A stretch of 64,000 nt of DNA, taken from assembly GCA_016748015.1 (NCBI GenBank), contig JAAOMT010000200.1, positions 184,984 through 248,983 on the forward strand, read 5' to 3'. Source of the DNA: Geosiphon pyriformis uo1 (taxonomy: Eukaryota; Fungi; Glomeromycota). The position numbers were made by a program, and so were the translations under genes. This document shows, piece by piece, positions 1-11,601 of the stretch. The notes beneath the pieces were generated by a model. That model did not search any database. It was given only the letters and a program-made list of their open reading frames with translations, and was not told the DNA's origin. The stretch's first letter is position 1, and every line of letters starts with the position of its first letter.

Positions 1-285
1 ATAATTGAAACCCATAGTTTTTATTAATTATCACATGTATTAGCCACCTTATTTTTAGATAGTAATCAATGACTTAACCGTTAACTTAATTATTGATCTA
101 ATCAATGATCTGATTATTGACTTGGTTATTACCCTAATTATTAATCTAATTGTTAATCTGATTATTGACCTGGTTATTGACCACTTTTAATAACTATATA
201 AGCAATAAGTCTCTTAACTATAAAAAACATATAACAATCAATATAGCAATTAATTAAAAATAAATAAAATAATAACTATTAAGTA
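1..285 (+). mobile_element. Partial LTR of family A (5' portion), opposite orientation to element A
   Basis: Matches the reverse complement of ~25780-26047 (aaaccca..tttttattaattat.acat.tattagccac...tttttagatagtaat...cacttttaata.ctatataag.aataagtctctta); contains a degenerate 12-bp tandem repeat (ATTGACCTGATT-like). Confidence 0.8.
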
Positions 286-665
286 TTTGAATATTTTAGA
301 ATAAAAGATTACTTATTGGCATTTATTTACTCTTTTTCTGAATTGTATAATTGTAATATTTAAAAATTATTGAATAAAACGTGATTAAAGAGCACATTTA
401 ATATTTGATATTAAATTTTAAGAATACCAATATAAAACATAGAATTATACCAGTGTATTATTATTTATTAACAGTATGTACTATTTTTTTATCTTTAAAT
501 TTCTTAATTATTTTTTGAAAAAATTAGTGATTGAGATATTTTATGAGACTGATCTTGTATATTAAGTTTATACTTATTCAATTTGCTTCTTAAAGTTGAA
601 TTTTTTTTGATCTATTCCATTATTATACAATTTTGTTTTCCTTTGCTATTTGTTAACTTGCTATT

Positions 666-1112
666 TTAATCTATAAAAATATCATTAACTTTAGATTTAA
701 CATCATTAAATTTCAAAACCAGGTTGTTATTAATTATTAAATAAAACATTATTACTTTGCAAAATGGTTTTTTTAATATACTTTTAATTATGTGGTTTTT
801 ATTTGAGCAAAAATTTTCTATGTTTTTTTTAATTGCACACCTTATAGCAGTTATTTTAACAGCTTTGGATTTATGTATTTTGGACTTGTGATAACTTTTT
901 TTGATCTTAAACAAACAGCTAAAAACATCAAATAATTTGGCACTATTTTGAATTATAATTTGCATTTTTGAAGCTCTATTTTTATCAGTAGCCAACCAAG
1001 TATGAAAAAAAGCATTGGTCCTAAACATATTACCAAATCTAAAAAATTTTACTATATTAACAACCAACAATTCTAATTTGAAAAATTTTAATGACTGTTT
1101 ATTAAACAGACT
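666..1112 (-). pseudogene. Degenerate non-LTR (LINE) ORF2 fragment, endonuclease-RT linker region
   Basis: Translation FFKLELLVVNIVK...AIKKNIENFCSNKNHIIKSILKKPFCKVIMFYLIINNNLVLKFNDVKSKVNDIF resembles the LINE ORF2 linker (KLELLV..../G..IRS.LE.PFRKVVLDHLV...LVLEP..VK.KVD) as I recall it from Glomeromycotina elements; no catalytic motif in the fragment. Confidence 0.55.
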
Positions 1113-3887
1113 TTTAGTTTTAATATATTAATGTTTAGAAAAAGTTTTATTAATTGTATCTATTATTATATTCTTTAAAAATTTTTATATTACATTTAAA
1201 TTACTCTTTTATTTGCTTTACCAAATTCATTCATTATCAAAGAAAGCTTAATTAAAGAAAGATCACAAAAATTATTTTATTTAATACTATTAGCACATTT
1301 GATTCTGAATTTTTATTAATTTTTATTTGCTTGTTTGTAAATATTATTTAGACAAGTGTTCAAAAAACCTTCTAATCTAACTGAAACTATAACTGCTATG
1401 TAATCAGTATCTGTTAATGTTTTGTTTACAAAGTGAGATTCTTGATCTGATAACAATTCTTTTAAATATCTGTGTCGACAAATTAAATCTTGGTAAACAA
1501 ATTTGGTTACAGATTCTGTATCTGCTTTTTGAATTGCTTTTGCCTTTGGCCATTTTGTAAGATAGTTCATAACTACTGCTATATAATGATTGTCTTTGCT
1601 GGTTATGGTTAATAGTCTGACTAAGTCAATTTCAATTTGATCAAATAGTTGTCTTATTTTAATTGGTCTTAATGATTTACTGGGTTTTGTTCCTCTTTTT
1701 CTCTAATAATTATCACAATTTTGAATGTATTGGATAATGTCTGGATACATTGATAACCAGTAATATTTCTTTTTGGTTCTTTTCATAATTGCTTCTTTAT
1801 GAAAATATCCTGCTGTCAGATCTGAGTATATATTATATAGTATTGTTTCTTTCTCTGGTTTTGTGATTACTTTGAGTGGTTGATCTGAATTCTTTCTGTT
1901 TTTTCAATATAGTATATTTTAATGAGTCATAAAATATTTTGATTGTTGTTTTATGTTGTTTTGTTCCTTTTGAGATAATTTTTCCTTGAACTGCTGAGTA
2001 TTAATGTAGTATTGAAATTGTAGATATTTTTGTGTATTCATCTTTTGTTATATTTTTAGATTGAAATGTATTTAGATTTGTTTTATTTATGACAAACTGT
2101 TAGCATTTTTTTTTTCTTATAATGTACTGTATAATTAAATGAAAACAGTTCTATTTTTTATTTTACATGACAGTTATCTCCAAATTTCTGGTTCTGGATT
2201 AATATCAATTCTTTGTGATCAGTATATATATCAAACTTTTAACTTAAGTATTTTTTCTATTTAATAACAGTCTAATAGATAGTCAAATGTTCTAGTGCTA
2301 AAGTTCCATAGTTTTTTTTAGCTGAACTTAAGCTTTGGCTAGCATATGCTACTGGGTGTTCTTTTTTATCTGTTTTTTTTTGTAATAATACGGCTTTTAA
2401 TACTTGGCCTAATACATCAGTAGTAATGATGAATGGTTTGCTATGATTCAGATAAAATGACTTAAATCAGTTTTTTTCTTAAAATTTCAAAAGCTTTTTG
2501 CTAAGCTTTAGTTCATTTATATTTCACATTTTTGGCTTGGAGCTAGTAGAGTGGTTAAGCCAGTTTAGAGAAGTTTTGAATAAAGTGGCAATAATAGCCA
2601 GCAAATTCCAATAATGTTCTTAATTCTGTAAGATTTGTCAATATTGGAAAGTTCTTAACTATCTCAATTTTGTTTAGATTTATTTTAATGTCATCTTTGC
2701 TTATGACATATTTCAAGAATTTCAGTTCTGTTTTGTTGAAGAAGCATTTGGTGGCATTTAACTTTAGTTCTGCTTATTTCAGTCTTTTGAACATTTGCTG
2801 TAAATGATAAAGATGATTATCAAAAGTTTTTGAGAACAAATTGGTGTTATTCAAATAAACAACTACTGATTTTTATAGCAATCTAGTATAAACAATTTCC
2901 ATGAGTCATTAAAAGATGGCTGGTGCATTGGTTAAACTAAATAGCATAATATCAAACTCGAAATTCTCTTTTTTAGTAATAAAAGTGGTCTTTTCTTTGT
3001 CTTTTGGTTTTATGGCTATTTGTCAATAACTACTGTCCAAGTCCAAAGTAGAGAACCATTTTTTTTTTCCAAAAGCATCAAACAATTTTTAGATTTGTGT
3101 AGTTAAATAGCTGTCTCCACAAATTATACTGTTGAACTTTCTGTAATTTATACAAAAATGAATTTTTCTATTTTTTTTTTGAACCAGTATCACTAATAAT
3201 AACCATAGACTTATTGATGATTAAATTAACCTGTTGGTTAACATTCTGTTGATTTTTTGCCAAATGATTTCATAATTGGCTAGTAGTATTTTGTATGTTT
3301 GTTGTTTTATTGGCATTGCATCTCTAGTCTTGATCTGATATTTGATAATGTTAGTTCTGTCAAATTTATTTTTATTGACAAAGATATTATTAAAGTTATT
3401 AAGTAGCATTTTGAGTTGCATTTGTTAAAGTAGGTCTAGATTTCTCAAATTTATTTGTTCTAATTTTTCTGGTTGGAGCAAATAATATTTTTTTTGTTTA
3501 TATATTATTTGTAATGTGATATCCATATATCTGTACAGTTGTGAGAAATCTGAAATGGTGTTTGGTGGTTGGTTTTCAATTTCAGTGTTTAAGTATCTGA
3601 TAATAGTTCTACTTGGTATTTCAATAATGTTTCCAGTTATATTATAGATGAGAATTTTAATATGTTTATGATTCTTGATTGGTATGTAAAAACTAGTAAT
3701 TCCAATCTTTTTTAATTCACAAATAGTTGATTTTACTTCAAAAATCTGGGGCTGATCTCTCACTTTCTTTTCTATAACTAATATATATTGGTTATATGAT
3801 GAAATAAAAACTGATTAATAAGTGGAAATAATTTTTCCCTTATTAATGATTTTTTTTTCTGCCATATTGACTGGTATGTTTATTCTA

Positions 3888-4280
3888 CTTGTTAATCCAA
3901 ATCCATTTTTTTCTTTAGCTGTGATCCCTACTTCTTTTTTTGTTTTTACTAACACTAATTGAACTATTTTCATCAGAGATAAGAATATTGCTTGTGTTAT
4001 TTTTTCATTTGGTTCAATAATATATGGTTTTTCTGAATTATTTTGTAGTATTGCAATGATATTTTTTACATATTCTGTGTCAATTATTCTTTCTCTAATG
4101 TTAATTCTCTTTTTTGCTAAACTAGATCTAGATGCTAATTAAACCATTGTCATTGTTAAAATTTCTAATACTACTTTTAAATTAATACAAGTGTGTATAT
4201 TGAGCTCTAATATTATGGCATATTTTCTTGAATATCTCAGATCAAATTTTGGATCAGTATTATTTATGCATTTTGACATG
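3888..4280 (-). pseudogene. dUTPase domain of element C
   Basis: KFDLRY / LASRSSLAKK / RERIIDTEYVKNI / KITQAIF / KEKNGFGLTS: decayed versions of the five trimeric dUTPase motifs. Confidence 0.88.
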
Positions 4281-7200
4281 ATACTTTCATTGTTATTATT
4301 AAATCATTTAAGTTTCTGCTCCTTAAACAGATTAAGAAGCACAATATATTGTTTTGAGTCTTTTTCGGAGTTTGAATTGTTATCAGTTGAGTTGTCATAT
4401 TGAATAGAATTAAAACTGTTATTGTTGTTATTGTCTAAATTTGAATTGGGGTTGAATTTTAATTTCAATTCTGCTGTACACTTACTGATTAGCTTTTTTT
4501 TTTTAGAAATTGAATAGATTATTCATGATGGTGAATTGTAAATAAGGTCACACTTATTACAATATTTAAAATCACATAGTATTAAACAATAGTCACATAG
4601 TTGGGTGTTTAACTCTTTTAATTGTTGCTTCTGCTTTTTTTTAGTAAGTGCCAATTCTTGGTAGTGTTTGTAGAATTGTTTTGAATTCATTATATTGAGA
4701 ATAATATCAGGATTTGGGATCCAAATAATTTCTTTGAGTTCTAATGAGTTGTTTTTGATTGTTTTTATTTCTTCTGATGTCATGTCTTTGATTTTTGCAA
4801 TTGCCATTCTTTATATTTTGTTGTTATTATGTGGACAACCATTCAAATGTTTTACAGTTTTTCTTTAGGCAGCATCTATTGGTGTTTTTTTTTACCTAAT
4901 TGCTTATAAGAATCATGTACTGACATAATTTGTCATACATTCTTCTATAACTAGAAATGTTATTCCATATTTTTTTGTCTAGAAGAGTTTCTTCACAAGT
5001 AAAACATGGTTTGTTGTCCTATTTTTTTTGTCTTTTTGGTCATTCAAAGCATTCAAAAACACATGAACAATAGTAATATTTTGTTACTGTTGGTCATTTC
5101 TCATTATTGCCACAACATGCATCTATTGTTGGCAATTTCTTGTCACAATCAACACAAATTAGTTTGGATTAATAATAGTTTGGCTAATATTAAGTGGTAA
5201 TGGTATATAAAGTATATGTAAAAGTAGTTGTTTGGAGTTTTTTTTCTTTTTTCTTCTCTTTTTTCTTTTCTTCCCAGGTAGATATTAGTAATAATTTGTT
5301 GTGTTTTTCTTTAGCTCATAATACTTGATACATTTCTCAGGTAGGTTTTTTTTTTTTTTTCAAACTTAATTAGTGGCTGTTTATTGGTGGTAATTTTAAA
5401 ATAACCACAAGTAGCTGGTACTTAAATGTGCTGACTATTTTGGCTTAGTTGTAATTCTTGGATATATTAGTTAAGCATAGTATTAGTTTTGAACAGTCAG
5501 TTATTATCAACAAAAGCTTAGTACTATATGGCTTTTATGATAAAAACTTTTATGAATGCGATAATATTATTGACTTCAAACAGAAAGTCATTAATCTTAT
5601 CAATAAGAGTTTTAGTCACTTTATTGGCTGTAATAATTTTGGCACTGGCAGTGCAATTAACTTAGTAACCTAATTGGTTCTTTAATTTTGAAGAGAAATA
5701 TTACAGTAAATGATTCATTTTCTATAATGACAGTTGACAGGATGTTGCTAGTAGGTATGATTTGTTCTTGATTGGTTTTTGATAAGTTGGGTATGGTTGT
5801 TTCTAGAGTTATCAAAAGACTTAAATAGTGTTGGGTGTAGTTAATTTCCGAATTTTATTGTTAAGATCCAGTTTGCTGGATGGCTGAACTAGGGATTGGT
5901 TGGTATATTACCATTACTAATTGTCAATTCTGATAGATCTGAGTAGTTCTTAGTCTTTAATTTCTGGATAACATTTGAGCTGGGTTTTGTGATAGTGTTG
6001 AGATGAATTGGGATTGATAAATTACTTGTGGCTGTAGTTGATAAATAATTGGGCTGGAGTTTAATAGATTGGAGGTTAATAAATTGACTGTATTACTTGA
6101 GCATAATGTAATTAATATTGAAAATGGTCTGATAATTGATTCCTGATGTAATTTTGAGTTTGAAATCAGCAATCAGAATTTTGATATTGATTTTCTAATT
6201 GTTAATTGCTTAACCATTTGTGACATTCAAATTGCAAATGTTCTTGTTTATTACAATAGTGACAAATATGCATTTTTTGTTACCACTGTTAATTAATTGA
6301 TGATAATAAACATAATTGATTTTGGAGACTATTTGTGTTTTCTGGATTATTGCAGCATTAACATGGTTAATAAATTGCCTGATTGTTAGCTAAGTATCTC
6401 TTTGATTTTTGATTAATGGAATTACTAAATTGTTTTAACTTAAAATCCAATTTAGATGATTTATTTATTATTAAATTAATGACTTGGACATGGTTAGCTT
6501 CTAGCTCAGCCAATTTGAAATCTTGGGCATTAATAACTGCATTTTAGAGAGTTTGTGGGTACATTGAATATATGTACTAGAAGATACTACTATGTAGTCC
6601 ACAGATAAACTGGTTCAAAATTTGTGGTGCTGTAAAGTAATTTGTGTCAATTGCTTGTATTTGGCATAGGTTTTTATGGAAGCGTCTTAGATATATAGTA
6701 ACTGCTTTAGTATCTCTTTGTTTGATAGTTGTGAATATATTGGCTAAACAATTAATGCTATTATTGTTACTGAAATATCTTAAAAATTCCAGTTTAAATA
6801 TATTGAAGTCTTAGAGTTTTTGAATTAGGCTTTAATACCATGAGTTGGCAATATCTTAAAAAAAATATGAAATCATTTGTAATGCTCTGGTATTGTTCTA
6901 TTTATTGGCTGTGATGGCTTTTTGTATGTCATTAAGCCAAACTTAAATGTTATCTTCTTTATCAGTAAATTTCTCGAGTTTTGCTATTAGAACATAAGCC
7001 ATTAGTATTAATAATAGTTGTTGTTGTTGTGATTGTTGTTGAGGTGGTGATTGTGGCTGTTGTTGTTGGTTGGCAATTAGAACAACTGGTGGATTTATCA
7101 TAATTACTGGAGGTAGATTTTAGGGAACAATAGGAGCAGTGTTTAGATTGTTCTGATTTTGCTAAATTAAAATGATTGAAATTTGTATTTCTGGATTTTC

Positions 7201-7946
7201 TGGAATTGGGTTTTGATAATTAAATTTCTAATCTTTGTCTTCTTTTTCTGATTCCATTATCTCCCAAGAACTAGTGATTCTGAAATCTGGTTGGAGTAGT
7301 GATAATTGAAATTCTGATGACATTGGTAATTATGATTTAAATTTCTCAAAATAATCACCATAGATTCCTAATAACTCTGCTTTCTTTTGTTTACTTTAGA
7401 ATAAAATTCAGTTTAATAATATTGTCATATTTGCTGTGAATACATTTGTTGATGTTATATTGATAGTACTTCCAAGAGTATAATGATAGAATGAATTAGC
7501 TGGTAAATCAACTTTTTGTTTCTTTCATATAAGTAATTGTATTTGCTTTGGGATTTCTGCTGGTGTTTGTAATTTTCTTTTGGTTTTTTCTGTATATGTG
7601 ATAGAAAATGTTCATTGGGTGTAATTTTCAATTTTTCTGTTAATTTCAGTAATGATTAGTGCAAAGTTGTAGTTTAATGATAAGCTAGTATATTGAATTA
7701 ATTTGCTGTAGAAATTTTTTTATGATGATTCTGTATTTATTAGTTCTTCTAGAAAATATTTAATTCTTTTATTGATGTAAAAGTTGAAGACAGATTCCAT
7801 TAATAATTGGTTGTTGGTTAATTCTAAGTATTTACAGTAATATTAAAATAAGAATTTGGTGAATTCTAAATGGTTTGTTCTTCTTATTTCTGATTTTGTC
7901 ACTTTTAAATAGTTTGTTATAGGTGCTGGTTCTCTGTAAAATTATA

Positions 7947-7963
7947 CTTTACAAGAAATACCA
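7947..7963 (-). promoter_or_regulatory. Primer-binding site of element C
   Basis: TGGTATTTCTTGTAAAG 2 nt after the LTR end; decayed variant of the TGGTGCTT.. PBS of A and B. Confidence 0.65.
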
Positions 7964-7965
7964 AA

Positions 7966-8854
7966 TGTTACAAATGATTATTTGGGGTTTGAAAACAAAT
8001 AACAAACCTGTAACTTGGTACTCAATAGCTAATATAGATGAAAGTATCTAAAGGTTTTGTTTTAAGTCTTTTATATAATAGACAGAAATTTAAGTATTGT
8101 TTTATCTGTAGTTTTCTAAAATCACAAATCTGTTAAATTTTTGTCTTCAGTATAGTGACCAGTTTATTTTGGCAGTCATGTTTTTTTGATAAGCTATCCA
8201 TAAATTTTTTATACTTTATACTCTTTCTTTAAGATCTTTTATCAGACTATCTTTGATGTCAATTTATTAGTGCTTAATCTCTCAAATCAATTAATAAACA
8301 ACAAACAACAAAGAACATAAAAGAACATAAAAGAAAATAAAATAAAATAAAAAAATAGACCAAGACAAGAAAGAGTTAGTATTCTGTCAATAGTCATGAT
8401 CAAAAGTTATTAGTCCAATGTAGTTAAGTATTGGCAATTACCAACATAGATTGTTAATAGTAAAAAGATAAATTGTAATAGTAATAAGTATTTTATTAAT
8501 AGTTGATGTTTCTACTTTAATTCATAGAATATTATTGTATGAAGGAATAGGTATAAAATTAGAACTGAGATTTTAAAACTAAGAATTCTGTCTTTTCTGT
8601 TTTTAATACTACTGCTATATATACATAAATTTCATTATACAAGATTCCTTGAATTTTTCAATTCTCTAGCCAAAATTTTGGAATTCCTAGAATTCTGCAA
8701 TTCCTTACATAAAAATTCTGTAATTCTAAAATTCTGCAATTTTTTTGAGAGAAATCCTGGAATTTTACTTTTACTATGTCTATTCTGATTGGCTAATTTA
8801 TGTACTAATATATAATTCTTATATTCTATGAGTAACATCAGTATTATTATAACA
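7966..8854 (-). repeat. 5' LTR of element C
   Basis: Minus strand starts TGTTATA (8854) and ends TGTAACA (7966), followed by TT-TGG PBS; internal degenerate GAATT-rich repeats at 8640-8770. Confidence 0.8.
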
Positions 8855-10122
8855 GGCAACCAATCAGGTTGTTTGTAATATTTCTTGAGTTGTGTATCAT
8901 AAATAAGGTGATCATTGAAAATTGTTTCAGATTAATCTTGTAGAATATAAAAACTATTGTTCAAAACTTTGTTGATTATAAAGAGTTCTTTTCACTGGCT
9001 AGAGAATTTATTACTATAGGCATTGTTTCTGTTTAAATAGTATTCCAATACTAAGTTACCAATACTTAAGGAAAGTGTTTTATAGATTTTTTTTTTCTTA
9101 AGCTTTTCTTAAAACTGTTTTATTTTTTCAAAAGCAATTATTCATGTTTATATTAAGGAGTCAAGAAAAATACCAAGTCTTCTTTACAAAATGTTTTTGT
9201 AATTTTTTATTGTGATTTCTTCAAAGGGTATTGTCTCTATATTAATTTTTATTGGTAAAGTTGCCATGCATTTATAGAATAGATAAAAAGATTTATAACT
9301 TGTTATGTTATAATTCACAGTTCTATAAGCAAACAAAGCTGAAGACAGTACTTTGTCCTATAAGTTTGTTTTTTTACTGGTTTTGGTTAAGGTTTTACAT
9401 AATGTTCTATTAAAACATTTTACTAAGCCATTTTTCTAAGAGTGGTAAGAAGAAAAAAATTTATAATATATTCTCATTTTTCTACAAAGTTTTTCAACCA
9501 GTGTACTAAGAAAAACTTTTTCTTTATCAGATAAAAGTTTTTTGGGACAGCCATAGTGGCAGATTATATCTTCATAAATAAAATTGGCTATTGAAACTGC
9601 TGTTTGGTGTAGAATAGCTCTTGCTTTTACCCACTTTGTAAAATAGTTAGTAGTTGTAATAATATATCTATTGCCATTAGAAGTTATTGTTAAAGATCCA
9701 ACAATATTTATGCCAATTCTGTCAAATGATTGATCAACAGAAATTGAATGGATATTTTCTTTTTGATTAAATTTGCCTCTTGCTTGGCAGATGTCACAGA
9801 TTTTTATGTACTCAACAATATTTTTTCTTAAGGTAGACCAATAATAGTGAACTAAAGTTTTCTGAATTGTTTTTGTTTTTTCAAAGTGTCCAACTAATAG
9901 ATTAGTATGCATGTTATAGATCACAATTTCTCTTTCTTCAAATATAATAACTTTCTAAGAACAGTCAGAATTTTTTCTATTTCTTTTGTAGAGTTGGTTT
10001 TGGTAAATCAAATAAAAATTTAATTGTTTTTGCAAATGTTCTCTTTGCTGTTAAGTGTAGTCTGGTGGGTATTGTCCTTTACTCAAAAATTCCATTAAGA
10101 CAAAATAGTCATCCAAGTCTAT
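8855..10122 (-). pseudogene. Integrase of element A
   Basis: H..H...CDIC zinc finger, GINIV (D>N), LLSDKE, SSYHS, C-terminal KFSSQ*KELF (GPF-like); interrupted by element C after ...KQPDWLP. Confidence 0.88.
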
Positions 10123-10547
10123 TATTGTGTTTATTTGTAAAAGAGTTACTAATAATTAAATTGGTTTAATTTAAAAAAGTTGTACTGTTACTAAATAATA
10201 AGTCTAAAGATATCATCAGCATTTTGATGATTAGCTTCTTTGTAATGTTGAATATCATAGTCAAATTTATTCAGATGGAGTATTCAGCAAATTATTTATT
10301 TGTGTTCTAGCTTTTTTTTATTGTGCAGCTAAACCAAGACTTGATAATCTGTTATTATTAGGAATTTTACACCAAAAAGCTATTGATTTTAGTAACTAAT
10401 AGTCCAAACTACTGTCAACCATTTCTGCTCAGTAACTGAATAGTTCTTTTCTGTTGATGTGAGAGTTCTCCTGGCATATGCTATAGCATGTTCTCTGCCA
10501 TCTTCATTTTTTTGGGAGAGAACAGCATTAAGTCTATAGCCAGACAT

Positions 10548-11556
10548 TGTTACCAGTAAAATTTTAGCTATTAATTAGCAGGAAAATTACCCTTATAATT
10601 TCTATAATTAATTAATATATTAATATTATTTCAAATTATCATTTATTATTTAATCAATTATCACATATCACAATTCAATTAAATAATCCAATTAGTATAA
10701 CAGAAAGTAAAATGATCAAATTACACAATACCCTGAACTTTGTAACATTCTAAAATTCGCCAAAATTTACAGAAATTCGCTGAAATTTATAAGAAATTCG
10801 CCGAAATTTATAGAAATTCGCCGAAATTATGAATAGTTTACTCAAATTAATCAATAGTTCAGCAAAATAACTTGTAGTTCATCAAAATGTATTTTTAGTT
10901 TGCTGAAAGTTGAGCAAAGAGAAAAAGTGCAAGTTCATAGACTAGTACTACAACAAGTTGTATAAAAGAAGAGCTTTTTTCTTTAAGAAAATGTATCTTA
11001 CTTTAGATTTTATTACTAGAACCATTTCTACACACAAAAAAAAAATAAATATCAAATAATTCGAAAAACCAAATTCTTTAATTATTGCACTTGGAAAATC
11101 CCCAAAACCCAACTAACGTTTTGAAATTGATTAGCTACCAATTTTAGTAAACTGTTAGTGACTTCAGGCCTGGATAGAAAACGTTTCCCTTAACAGAATT
11201 CAATTTCTTTTACATTTCTTTTATTTTCTTTTATTTTCTTACTGTAATCATTAAGGTAGCCTACAGATGAGATTTCTGTAGAAGGGTTGACTTTCACAGC
11301 AAAGTAACTACACATTTTAGTGAGCTTTTAGACAAGCAATTCTTGAAAAAGAGTTGGTGTTTACTACAACATAACTATACAAAGTAACTGTCATGGAATT
11401 GGTCATTCCACTTATAAGCCCAGCAGTTCAAATTATAGGAGATAATTTGAAGATAAATTCAGTTATTGGAGGTTCAACTACTTCTAGAAAACGTGAATTT
11501 GCAACCAACAGACAGTTACAACATTCAAGAAAAGAGACCAAAAACCTCCAGTAACA
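10548..11556 (+). repeat. 5' LTR of element B (1009 bp)
   Basis: Direct repeat of 19505-20441; four copies of a ~20-bp AAATTCGCCGAAATTTATAG unit at ~10752-10835. Confidence 0.96.
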
Positions 11557-11558
11557 TT

Positions 11559-11574
11559 TGGTGCTTTCCCATAG
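11559..11574 (+). promoter_or_regulatory. Primer-binding site of element B
   Basis: TGGTGCTTTCCCATAG 2 nt after the LTR; complementary to a tRNA ending GAAAGCA-CCA (as in plant tRNA-Thr(AGU), from memory). Confidence 0.8.
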
Positions 11575-11601
11575 AAATAACACAACAACAACAAATTCAA
11601 A

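Larger units (their letters stand above)
1400..8854 (-). mobile_element. Ty3/Gypsy LTR retrotransposon, element C (degenerate, 3'-truncated within integrase)
   Basis: Order on minus strand: LTR, PBS, gag (CHYCNKQEHLQFEC knuckle ~6220-6265), protease (~5450-5660), Cys-rich domain, dUTPase, RT (FSTLDLDSSY, FNAPAIFQ-like, YLNN for YLDD), RNase H (IITTDV), integrase (IDLV, YLTKWPKAKAI, LLSDQESHF). Many stops. Confidence 0.92.

Noticed and set aside
1-285. Possible 3' LTR of element A
   Set aside because: Same family but opposite orientation, so it is a separate copy.
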